64,000 nucleotides of DNA, from the NCBI GenBank assembly GCA_000004985.1, contig GG738846.1, one strand, 5' to 3'. The translations under genes were made by a program, and so were the position numbers. Under the pieces are notes generated by a model. It searched no databases, was not told the origin of the DNA, and was given only the letters and a program-made list of their open reading frames with translations. This document shows, one piece after another, positions 21,205 through 31,367 of this stretch (position 1 is its first letter; each line of letters opens with the position of its first letter). This DNA is from Naegleria gruberi. Its lineage: Eukaryota.

Positions 21205-21938
21205 ATGCCGCCAAGAAGAAGAGCATCATCAGACGAAGATGATAACATCAGGCTAAGTGGTTTTCCTCAGACTATGACTAGTTCGCAGAGAATGCAACAG
21301 ACTAGAATAACACCAACAGGTCAATTGACAACAGCATCTTCATCAAGAACAGGAGCTGCTTCCAGTAGTTCTACCACAAGGAGACCAACAACTGCTAGCA
21401 GAACAACACGATCATCCGAGAGTGATGATGAAAGATCTAGTGGTGATGATACACCACCACCAAGAACGACACCATCCCGACAAAAAGCCACAACAACAAC
21501 ACCAGCAAGAAATTCTGCAGGTGTGCAAAAACAGAAAAAGACAACAACATCAAAATCCACAGCTAGAAGACCACCTAGTGGACCAAAGAGAAGACCTGGA
21601 GAAAAGGCTTTGGCAGAAATTAGAAGATATCAAAAAACTACACATACACTTATTCCCAAATTAACATTTGCTCGTTTGGTGAAGGAAATTTCGGAAATGG
21701 TTGCTGTGAATAGTCGTCTGAGGTGGCAAGCCCATGCTATTGATGCTGTGCAAACAGCTGCTGAGGATTATTTGATACACTTGTTTGAAGATTCGTATGT
21801 ATTTCAATATCATTATTCTTAATTGACCTTTTCAGAAATTTATGTGCCTCTCACGCAAAACGAGTTACCATTATGGTAAAAGATATTCAACTTACGAGAA
21901 GAATTAGAGGTGTAGCCAGAGAAGCTGTCTACCATTAG
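21205..21938 (+). CDS. CENH3: Centromeric histone H3 variant (CenH3/CENP-A-like). Exons 21205 (or 21172)..21794 and 21836..21938, intron 21795..21835 (41 nt, GTATGT...TTTTCAG).
   Basis: The histone fold [69 protein letters not shown] joins across the intron to [25 protein letters not shown]. Loop 1 is 2 residues longer than in canonical H3. The ~150-aa S/T/R-rich divergent N-tail is typical of CenH3. The second ATG (MPPRRR) has the A-run context. Confidence 0.8.
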
Positions 21939-22277
21939 TTCAATCCTAGTGCTCTTAATACTTCACTTAGTATTAACACGAACATTTGTGAAAATTTTGT
22001 AAATTAAACACCAAAATAGAATGGGGCTGGCTGTGACATTAAAGTTAGGTAATCAAGCTATTCCACTAAGAAACTCAAAATAACAACTAGTTTAATAAAT
22101 TTCTTTTTTATTGTAAATTGTGTGAATGGTGATTGAAAATTAGTAGAAACAAAATCTTAACCTAAATGGGATACCTCCATAATGGATGAAAAGTATATGA
22201 GTAATATCAAATGTTGTATATTGTACTATAGTGATGTTCGTTTAAATACATCTCCTAAAATTGTTGTTGTAATAAAT

Positions 22278-22745
22278 TTAAATGTTTTCCTTTTCAGCAT
22301 AGACTGCATCGGTTCCGAGTAAATCCAATGGAATTGGTTGTTGGGCCTCATATGTATGGACATCTTCTGGGAAGATATGTACTCTGCTCATTTTCAGTTT
22401 TCTCGTAGTACTATTACTCTTTGGAAGCATTCTCTTGATGGCTGTTTCCAAGACATATGTTGGGAATCGTTCATGTCTTTGTTCAGCAGTGTATTCCTTT
22501 AATCCACCAGCATATCCAGTGTGCCATCTATACATTTTACGCTTCCATTTATCACCAGTGAGAGCAACATGTTTAGCATTAACAATAACAACGTGGTCTC
22601 CACATTCTTGTCCGAGATGAGGCGAATAAATTGGTTTATGTTTACCCATCAAAATAGGTACAATCTTTGAGGCCAATCTACCAGCAATTTGGTTCTTGGC
22701 ATCAATGAGATAAAAAAGTTTTTGTCCTGTAACAACAGTGTTCAT
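22278..22745 (-). CDS. MRPL13: Bacterial-type ribosomal protein L13 (uL13m, mitochondrial), 155 aa.
   Basis: FYLIDAKNQIAGRLASKIVPILMGKHKPIYSPHLGQECGDHVVIVNAKHVALTGDKWKRKMYRWHTGYAGGLK aligns with the bacterial L13 signature. Confidence 0.85.
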   Translation of the reverse strand: MNTVVTGQKLFYLIDAKNQIAGRLASKIVPILMGKHKPIYSPHLGQECGDHVVIVNAKHVALTGDKWKRKMYRWHTGYAGGLKEYTAEQRHERFPTYVLETAIKRMLPKSNSTTRKLKMSRVHIFPEDVHTYEAQQPIPLDLLGTDAVYAEKENI

Positions 22746-22862
22746 TTTTTTTGAATTATTTTTATTTTTAATTAATTAATCAATTTTCGTTTTTCATTTG
22801 AAAAATATTAACCATCCTGATTCTGCAGGATTCATATTGGAGCTAACTTTATTGAGACTTTA

Positions 22863-24353
22863 CTATTTGAGTGATGTATCAGATTGAGTCTTTTCCTTCT
22901 TTTTTGCAATTCCCTCCTGTACAGTTTCGAAAGAAACGAGAACTGTCACTATATCAATTGTAGAGTCTGCCTTAATATTGTTAGAAATGATTACTTTAGA
23001 ATGAACAGTGTCTTCCATTTTCATTTGATCCAATTTTAACAATTTCAAATCATCCAACACTCTGCACATTTCCTTAACTTCAGCATAGGGAATATTTTCA
23101 TTGGTAAAATCTTGCATATAGTCATTAAATGTTCGTATCACATGATCCAGGGAAACAGTCTCGTAAAATACCAATGATGAAATGTCTTCTCGATGTTTCA
23201 ATACAAGATCTTCACTATCAGAGCTCTCTAACAGCTTGTTAAACTGGATTTGTTGTTCAATATTTTGAACAATCGATTGTTTACGAGTCAATACTTCCAA
23301 TAATCGATGTTGGGAAAATGAAAGACTGCTAATAATTGATACTGGATTTCTTGTGGCCAGATCACTGGCAGCAATTTGGAAAAATGATGGAATATTGACT
23401 TGATTGGCATTCTTAAGCATACATAAAGAAATTACATTCTTTATCAATTTCAGAACGTGCCTCATGTCAAACTCTTCAAAGTGTTTTGATATAATCCCAA
23501 TTAAATTTCTATCAAACATTGGTTTTTCTGTTCTCTCAATAAAGGTTTTCAATTTCTCATTCAAAATTATGGTCAAATCAGTTGATGATAGTGGTCTGAA
23601 AATTAAAAGATTTTCATGACTCACAATCTGATTAGTTGTAATGCAAATAAATATACAATTGAAAGAATCAGCCCATTTCTTCAACTGTTCCCTCACTTTT
23701 GGTTTTTCAGTAATTAAACAATCTGCCGAATCCAAAACTATTAATCTCATCTTTTTGCACTTTGTAAATAGCTTGGATGGGGTAATTGATTTTAATTCTC
23801 TCTTATTAAATGACAAGTACAATATCTTACATAATTCTTTCAATGAATCAATTTGATTTGTTGAACAATCCAAAAATGGAATAGTTTCAAGTAAACTACC
23901 ATTTCCTTTCATTTGATTGATAATAAATTTCATCAAGTGAGTTTTTCCACATCCTTCCCTTCCAAATAAATGAATCACTAGGCCTCTTTGTTTTTTGATA
24001 CTATTTTCAATTTTTTGTTTAATATTCTCATACTCTTCCAGTCTTGCTTGGGGAAGAGAATTGAAATTTTCTTCATTAAAATCCTTCAACATTTGCTCAT
24101 AAATTTGTTGAATACACGAGACATTGTTTGTTGAATCGCCTTGTGAACTATCTTGGTTTGATGATTCCGATGATATCACTTTTTGGGAATTGATGACACG
24201 AACTTTCTTCCTAATTGATTGGTTTGATATTTTCCTCTTGTTTTTTTCTGTTACTATAGAATCACTATCACAGTCATCATCGGAAAAAGTTTCCTCACCA
24301 CTGCTACTATCAATGACACCTCGAGCTACAGAAGACCTTGTTCGTGGAGGCAT
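22863..24353 (-). CDS. Cdc6/Orc1-family AAA+ ATPase (replication licensing), 496 aa.
   Basis: Walker A GREGCGKT, Walker B LIVLDSAD, sensor region FICITTN, and a C-terminal helical/winged-helix-like part. The N-terminus is basic and Ser-rich (MPPRTRSS...). Confidence 0.55.
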   Translation of the reverse strand: MPPRTRSSVARGVIDSSSGEETFSDDDCDSDSIVTEKNKRKISNQSIRKKVRVINSQKVISSESSNQDSSQGDSTNNVSCIQQIYEQMLKDFNEENFNSLPQARLEEYENIKQKIENSIKKQRGLVIHLFGREGCGKTHLMKFIINQMKGNGSLLETIPFLDCSTNQIDSLKELCKILYLSFNKRELKSITPSKLFTKCKKMRLIVLDSADCLITEKPKVREQLKKWADSFNCIFICITTNQIVSHENLLIFRPLSSTDLTIILNEKLKTFIERTEKPMFDRNLIGIISKHFEEFDMRHVLKLIKNVISLCMLKNANQVNIPSFFQIAASDLATRNPVSIISSLSFSQHRLLEVLTRKQSIVQNIEQQIQFNKLLESSDSEDLVLKHREDISSLVFYETVSLDHVIRTFNDYMQDFTNENIPYAEVKEMCRVLDDLKLLKLDQMKMEDTVHSKVIISNNIKADSTIDIVTVLVSFETVQEGIAKKKEKTQSDTSLK

Positions 24354-24459
24354 TTTTTTGTTCTAATGTTTAGAGGAATTTATTGAAATGTTTTGTTGAA
24401 GGCCAACAAATTTGTTGTGAGAAGAATTATATCAATCACACATTATTAATATCAATGAA

Positions 24460-27400
24460 TTAATCATCTTCTTCAATGTCGGCATACTTGGATTTTGGAT
24501 GTTTTGATGGAGACCAACCAGAATCGTCAATCCAATCCTCCAAATCAGCAAAGGCATCACTGTAATTTGCATCATCCTCAACACACAAGGCGTAATCAAT
24601 GAATTTGTTCTTACTTCTCAGTGAACTGGTTTGAGATTTCTTTCTCTTTTTTGATTGGCTGGATGAGGACATATTTTTTCTCTTCTTCTTATTATCTGTT
24701 GATGATTCAGTGTTGAGTTTAAAATCAGCCAGTTCATCCAGCACTTCAAGAGTAGGGAATTCTTTTGTTTTTTTCATCTTTTTCTTATATATTTTGGACA
24801 AGTCTCTAATATCAAAACACATTTTCTCTATCAATTGTTCCAATTTTGTAAAGTTTTTGGTAAGGTTAAGTTCTGTATTGTTTTTGGCATTAATAGAACT
24901 TCTAATTGATGAAACCTTAGAAAGTGTATCATAAATACAACTATAATTTTCAGAGACAATCTCTAACCTTTCAATATTTTCCTTTTCGAGAGATTTTCTA
25001 ATCCTCTTTTTAAATGTTGATGAGCTATTCACTACATAGGTACATAAACCCATCATAATCTTCTCCAACTTGGATATTATTAAATCTCTATTCAAATGAA
25101 TATTATCAGATTCTGCAAATATTAAATCAACTGAATTGATAACACAATCTCTAATCTTGGAGAATAGAGCTAGTGGGCAATTTTCATCATTCAAAAGATT
25201 AGAGGAGAGGGAAAATGAAGATCCAAAACCTTTTGAAATGGTACTAGTTGTGAAACGTGTTTGCTTTTTGAATTGTTGATTGATTTTTGCAACAATGAGT
25301 TCAATGTAGGAAAGGGAAACCACAATTGTCTTGGTTGGAGAATCTTTAGACTTCATCAAGTTTGATATGTTTAACCGCGTAGGCAAATTAGTAGAGCTAT
25401 TTGGCAAGGCAGCCACCATACACGACTGAATAGAATCTGCACAATAGTCTAAAGATTTGGCAACTGTTGAAACATTCAACAGAAACATGAGTGTCTGATT
25501 AATGATAGGTGTTGTTACACTTGAAGATAAATCTTCATTGACAAGCATTTCCATCAATACACAAACAGTATCCAATCTTGCACTGCATAAAGATGAATCA
25601 GTCATTTCTTCATCTGAGTCACTATCTTCCTCCTCATCATCATTATCTTCCTCATCATCATTCATTACTCTCTTGCCATTAGAAATACCAATTGAAATTG
25701 TCAATGGATGAACACTTGATAATGTCTTGATCAACTTTAAAAAGGCACTACAAGATCTACTAGTCTTATAGGTATCTAAAAATAGTAGTTTTGTAAAGTA
25801 AAATGTTAAGGTTATAAAATCAAGTGGATTGATTGTGAAATCGTTCACAATTTGTCTTCTCCTGTTGGCTCCAGAAATATCAATTTCAAGTGGATGATCT
25901 CCATGTTCTAACATTGAAATGTTTGATGTTATAGTCTCTTGGATCTGTTTTACATTAAAGACATACTTGATAAACTTTTCCAATGATTTCATCTTACCAA
26001 ACGAATCACTAGTGCTCAGCTTGACACCCTCAAAATAAACTTGCATCAGATTGAGGATTTTAATTCTCAGTCTTTCGAGAATAGAAGTTTCTAATGAAAT
26101 ATTTTTGAGGTATATCGAATCTCTACCAATGCAGTCCTCAATTGACTGTAAGAAGGATGATTTGACAAGTCTAATTTTTGACCTCCTTGCCTGTTCTTGG
26201 TTGTATAAAGTTATAAAGAGCGTGAAAAGCGAACGAATAGTCCTAATAAGAGTAAGACTCTTTTGAGAGACTTTTCCCAATACTTGAACTTCCTCAATAC
26301 TTTTAACAGTTATCATTTTTAGGAAATTATCATTAAGTTTTTCTTTTAAAGATTCAGCATGAAAAGTTGTGTGGTCTATGAGATTAATAAGAGACATGAG
26401 CCATGACTTGTTCCATTCTACATGTTCTCCACGTATCTTGTCTGCCAAATCCACAGATAATAGAGTGCATGTATCGAATGTGAAAAGTGTATCCTTTTTC
26501 TTTTTGGATTCCTTTTCGATTTTTTGGATGAGTGAGGATATTTCTAAAAGTTCTAAAATTTCCCTTGTCATTTCTTGTTTCTCTTGGAAAATTTCCTCTA
26601 TCAATACCTGTATTAAAGGCAATATAATTGAGATTCTGTTGAATACTGACAGGTTACTATCAGAATTGTCCATATTTAATAGGCTACACAATTTAGGAGC
26701 ATCCCTAAAACTTTGCATTAGACTTTCATAAATTTTCTGAAATAATCCAATAGGACCTGATATTGCCTTTCTAGAGAGTTTGTCTAGAGTAGAAAAGCAT
26801 TTGAAAAGCTCATGTACACACTCAAGTTGTCTGTAGGAAGGCACTTTTGCATCTTCGTTCAATACTTCAAAGCAATTCATAAAATTAATCTCATATCCAG
26901 AAGATGTTAGCTGAAAAACATGTACAACTTTCGATTTCAATATTTGATATAGAATATTACTGGCCTCATCAGTGAGACAACATTTGCATTCTCCATTTAA
27001 CATTTTCTGCATTTGAAAAATAGTTGTTAGCAAATTGAAAATATCACACTAATACCTACCAAAAGGGAACTAGTCAAACACTTATACAAGTGAGATTTAA
27101 GCTCTAAATCATTGAATTTGAATGCATACTGCAGAGATACCAGAATACTCATCTGATCATCTTGGTAACTGGGTATAGATAAGAGCATCGATAACCCAAA
27201 TATTGCCAATTTCCTTCGCTCCATTATATTTTCTCTCTTTACTTCTGAGCACATCTTTTCCAACTTGGAAAGTAACTCTCCTCGTACATAATCTGATATT
27301 TCAGTCACTGGAAGCAGAGCTAAAAGTATTCTGCTACTTATTTGATATGAATATTGATCAAATGTTGACAAGTAATCGTAAAATCTTTCAATAATTGTGC

Positions 27401-29300
27401 AGAAAGCAAAGGCTCTTTCCTCTTCAAGTAATGCCTCCAATATGACAATGTTTGTATCTTTCGGGAATGGACCTTGACATTCTTCTGCGATGTTTCCAAT
27501 AACTTTTTGTAATATTGTACTCCTACTACTTTCGCAAGCTGTAAATAAGAGAATTGTACCACTCTTTCCAAGTGCAACAAGTGACTTGTTGTTCATCCTG
27601 CACCATTCCCCAAAAATGGATAGTAGTTCTTCAGATACTATTTCAACACTACATGCTGCTTTAATTATTGACTAAGAGACCGGTTATTAACAATACATTA
27701 ATAATAGAAGAAAACCTACCTCAACATATGAAATATCGCTCAATTCTAAAAGCTCTGTATCATCTTGTGGGTCTGAGGAAGAGCCACCAGATGTAGTTTT
27801 TGACTTGGGTGCAAAAAATGGTTGAATTTCTGATAATCTTTGCTCCTTAGGATCCACATTTTTCAGAAGAGACAATATATATTGATTAATATGAGAGAAG
27901 ACCTTTTCCTTAACCAATTCATTCTTATAGGCCAGTAAGAGCATCATAAAATCACAAAAATGCTCTGCAAAATTGCATTTTGAAATACTGTTAGGTTTTG
28001 TAACATAAAATTGCTCAACCGATTTGAGGAGTATAGTTAGTAAAGGTAGGGAATATTGAAAAGCTGATTGAATAATAAAATATAGATTAAGTTTAGCATC
28101 GCGATTACTATCACATTTTGAGTAGACTGTCTTGATTACTTGAATATATTCCAAATTAGTGAAATTTTGAATATTGTATAGCTCTGATAATTTCAATAAT
28201 ACTTGGACCATGCCAGAGAGTTCAACACTTTTAGGAATGGCTTGAATTTTTCTAATAATACAAACATGGAACTATTTCAATGTTTACAATTTTTCTAATA
28301 GTTCAAGAATACTTACATTTGAATCTTCCTCTATTTTCACATCTAGAAATACATTTAGTAAACTAATAAAATATTCTGCCTTCCATTGTTTTTCAAGTAT
28401 AAAGTTAATAACCTCCACATCTGTCTGTTCCTTAAATCCAGAGGATAGCCTTAGTTGACCAGAAAGACTTTGGCATGTTGAAATCATTATTGGTAGTAGT
28501 TCAATAAATGCTATTCCCCCGTTTACATTTATATTTTGACGTCTATTGTTACTATTCAAAATTATATTAATTTTTTCAATCACAAATTCCTTGATATCCT
28601 TTAGAATATGCAAAATAGAAGCATTTAATGACTCGGAAGAAATATTAGCATGTTGATAATCTTTTAACATGATAGCTAAAATATCATATCCATTAGTTGG
28701 TTTGGATTGACTAGAAATATTTGTCAGCTCTTCCTCCTCTTCATCATAAAGTAATAAAGTACTTTCTTTCCCATTGAAATCACTCCTCTCCAGTGTTAAT
28801 ATTGAAGTTGTGTTCCTAAAATGATACAAAGTAGAGTGCAGTTCACTGACTAGAGAAATAATAATTCTTCCTGAAATTTCAATATTGCTCGATTCATTGG
28901 TCGTCAATATATCGAATATAAAGTCCAAACAGCGCCTCCTGCTTTTTTCATACAGCAAAATGCACCTAATAATACTAGTGAATTGCTGTATTGTTGTGTC
29001 TTTTTCAAAATTTGTCAAATGTTCTCGGGATATGTACAGGGCTGAATTTGATAATTCTGTGAATATATTTTGTCTACTATTTACAGGGTGTTTTGAAGTG
29101 TGAAGTGATGAATCGAGAAGGAGAGTGATAGATTTTAAATCTGAACAATCCATTGCAAACAAAAGATCGGAGCAAGATTTTCCGAAAATTTGGTCATTCA
29201 CATTATTTACAAATCGATGAGATGATGCACTAGAAACATCATCATCAAAGATTATAAAAGAGGTCCCCTCATCATGTGAATCACGAAAGTTATTTATCAT
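24460..29300 (-). CDS. Large (1564 aa) leucine-rich alpha-helical (ARM/HEAT-like) protein, 4 exons: 29300..28317, 28271..27720, 27671..27060, 27006..24460. Function unknown.
   Basis: Four consecutive minus-strand ORFs are joined by a GTAAGT...AAATAG intron (28316..28272, 45 nt), a GTAGGT...CTCTTAG intron (27719..27672, 48 nt) and a GTAGGT...ATGCAG intron (27059..27007, 53 nt), all phase 0. The total of 4695 nt is divisible by 3. Internal DEEEDSDSDEE and C-terminal KKRKK...DIEEDD tails are present. Confidence 0.55.
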
Positions 29301-29351
29301 GAATTTTTTTTTTAATAATTTAAAATTTGGATCTGAAAAACAAACTAAACT

Positions 29352-30698
29352 TTATCGACTTTCTTTTGGATTTAAATACTTATCTCCTTGGATTTCTAAC
29401 ATTTCCTGTCTCACTCTCCATCTATGATTCTTTTGTTGGGATTGCTGATTTTTAAGGAATGGATCATTTTTCCACATGGCATTCATTTCTCTCCACCTAT
29501 TGACTGGATCATTCACCTTCTTTCGGTAGGTTACTGGCTTTTTAACATTTGATTTGAAAGGAAGTGGTTTTGCTGACTGACAGGAAATACTCGAAGACGT
29601 TGATGATCTTACCATACTAGAATTTTTACCTGTTTGTGAAGAGTCTTTTGGTGATTCTGATTTACTGGGTGTCTTGATAACAGGTTCCTTAATAGGTGTT
29701 TTTACAAGTGGAGCTGATTTAGGTCTACTAACAGGAAGAGAAGGTGGTGTATAATTACTTTCCTCAAGTGGTTTGAATTTCACTTTTGATGTTGGTGTTT
29801 GGAGATCATGGTGTGTGACATCTCTTGAAGTTATTGGTCTATGGTAATCATCATGATCTTGACTCTTTCTATTCGGTGAAGAGAATGGATAGCTAACTGT
29901 TTCAACCTTTTTCGGTGTTGAGAGATGATTCCTAGTTGGTGAAGTAAACATGTTGTTTGTTGATGTTCTTGCTGGTGAATTATATACATTTGGGGAAGGG
30001 ATATTATTAATTGTTTGAGGAGGTGCTTGAGGTTTGGTACTGAAACTAGAATTAAAACTTGTATCTCTCGCCATGTCAACCTCTTTCATAGAGGACGAGT
30101 AGTGTTTTCCATAGTATGTTGCTGTGTCATAACCTTCATCATCACTATGATTATAGTCTTCCTCATTGATATGATTGAAACTTTCATTAACTGCTGTTCT
30201 CTTAATTATTTGAACCCTTCCATCCTCATCTTCATCATCCACAGTGTTGTTATTGTTTAAGATTGGAGTATATTCTGGGAGATAGGTATTAAGTTCATCT
30301 TCTTCATAGTCATGTTCGCTTTCTGTCACTGGCACGCTTTCCTCTTCCTCCTCTTCCTGATCTTCTTCGGCTTGTTCGTCATCTTCGTCTTCATCATCTT
30401 CAGGAAGAACAGATGAAGAGAGTTGAGTTGTATTTTCAGGGTCTTCATCTTCAACCTCAATATTTTCAGTTTTAAGTTCTGCAATGAATTCCTGAACAAC
30501 GTCTTCAGGAACATCCTCATATCCAAGCCTCTCTAATTGTGCAATTAAATCACATCTCTTCATCTTTATACTTGTTGTTGATACTCTATCGTTTTGTTCT
30601 TCATGATGACTTATGTCATATTCACCTTCATCATCCTCCTCGGTTAAGGAATAGCGACTGATATGAGAGGAATTGCCACCATAGGATGATACACTCAT
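29352..30698 (-). CDS. HYLS1-box-containing Ser/Pro-rich protein (centriole/ciliogenesis HYLS1-like), 448 aa.
   Basis: C-terminal DPVNRWREMNAMWKNDPFL...HRWRVRQEMLEIQG resembles the conserved HYLS1 box (DPV..Y......W........RW.IREQML). The rest is low complexity, acidic and Ser/Pro-rich. Confidence 0.45.
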   Translation of the reverse strand: MSVSSYGGNSSHISRYSLTEEDDEGEYDISHHEEQNDRVSTTSIKMKRCDLIAQLERLGYEDVPEDVVQEFIAELKTENIEVEDEDPENTTQLSSSVLPEDDEDEDDEQAEEDQEEEEEESVPVTESEHDYEEDELNTYLPEYTPILNNNNTVDDEDEDGRVQIIKRTAVNESFNHINEEDYNHSDDEGYDTATYYGKHYSSSMKEVDMARDTSFNSSFSTKPQAPPQTINNIPSPNVYNSPARTSTNNMFTSPTRNHLSTPKKVETVSYPFSSPNRKSQDHDDYHRPITSRDVTHHDLQTPTSKVKFKPLEESNYTPPSLPVSRPKSAPLVKTPIKEPVIKTPSKSESPKDSSQTGKNSSMVRSSTSSSISCQSAKPLPFKSNVKKPVTYRKKVNDPVNRWREMNAMWKNDPFLKNQQSQQKNHRWRVRQEMLEIQGDKYLNPKESR

Positions 30699-30734
30699 TT
30701 TTTTTGTTTTTGAAAAATTGCAGATTGTATCTCA

Positions 30735-30757
30735 AAGGCGCCAAATTTTGGCGCCAT
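30735..30757. promoter_or_regulatory. Tandem pair of E2F-like elements (AAGGCGCCAAA, TTTGGCGCCAT), 30-55 bp upstream of the HYLS1-like ATG. A degenerate third copy ATTGGCGCTAAA is at 30817..30828.
   Basis: Two GGCGCC cores 14 bp apart in an AT-rich spacer. Confidence 0.5.
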
Positions 30758-30901
30758 CCCCTTTATTTTTGTAAGGGAGCTAATATTGGTTTCAAGGTAA
30801 TTGCTCAATGTCATATATTGGCGCTAAATCATCTAATTGTATCTAACCTTCTCGTTGACATCACTAACTTTTGTTATTGATAGAAAACCATTTCACTATA
30901 A

Positions 30902-31342
30902 TTATCTTCTAAAATCCTTCTCCACTCTAGGTCTTAAATGATCTTGGAAATAATAGGAATCAATAGAGGTTCTGGTCATATTGGCAGAACCTTCAATTGA
31001 CCTTTTCGCCTTGTTTACTGCCAATCTTTCTTCCAATCTGGAATTTTCCACAGTTACAGCAACAAGAGTTATGATACCAACAATTAGCATTACAATAAAG
31101 GTGTAGCTTCCTTGTTTTGATGGAGTCAAATATGTTCTTCCCTTCAGTTTATCCATCACGGAATTAATTTCATCCTGGTTAAAGTTTGGATGTTCTAATC
31201 TCTCGTAAACATTCTTATCATTAACTTTAACTCTTCCAAATAATTTAAATTTTCTCCAGTAATTATTTTGACTCAATTCCGATTGATGACGACGAAGAAG
31301 TGATGGCTGTGCAGCTTTAAATACCGATTTTGCATTTCCCAT
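30902..31342 (-). CDS. Small N-myristoylation-motif membrane protein, 146 aa.
   Basis: Start chosen at MGNAKS (ATG 31342, AAAAAAATGGG context, MGxxxS myristoylation consensus), not at the upstream in-frame M, which would overlap the neighbouring gene. One TM helix FIVMLIVGIITLVAVTV. Confidence 0.4.
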   Translation of the reverse strand: MGNAKSVFKAAQPSLLRRHQSELSQNNYWRKFKLFGRVKVNDKNVYERLEHPNFNQDEINSVMDKLKGRTYLTPSKQGSYTFIVMLIVGIITLVAVTVENSRLEERLAVNKAKRSIEGSANMTRTSIDSYYFQDHLRPRVEKDFRR

Positions 31343-31367
31343 TTTTTTGATATTTTTATTAAATAAT

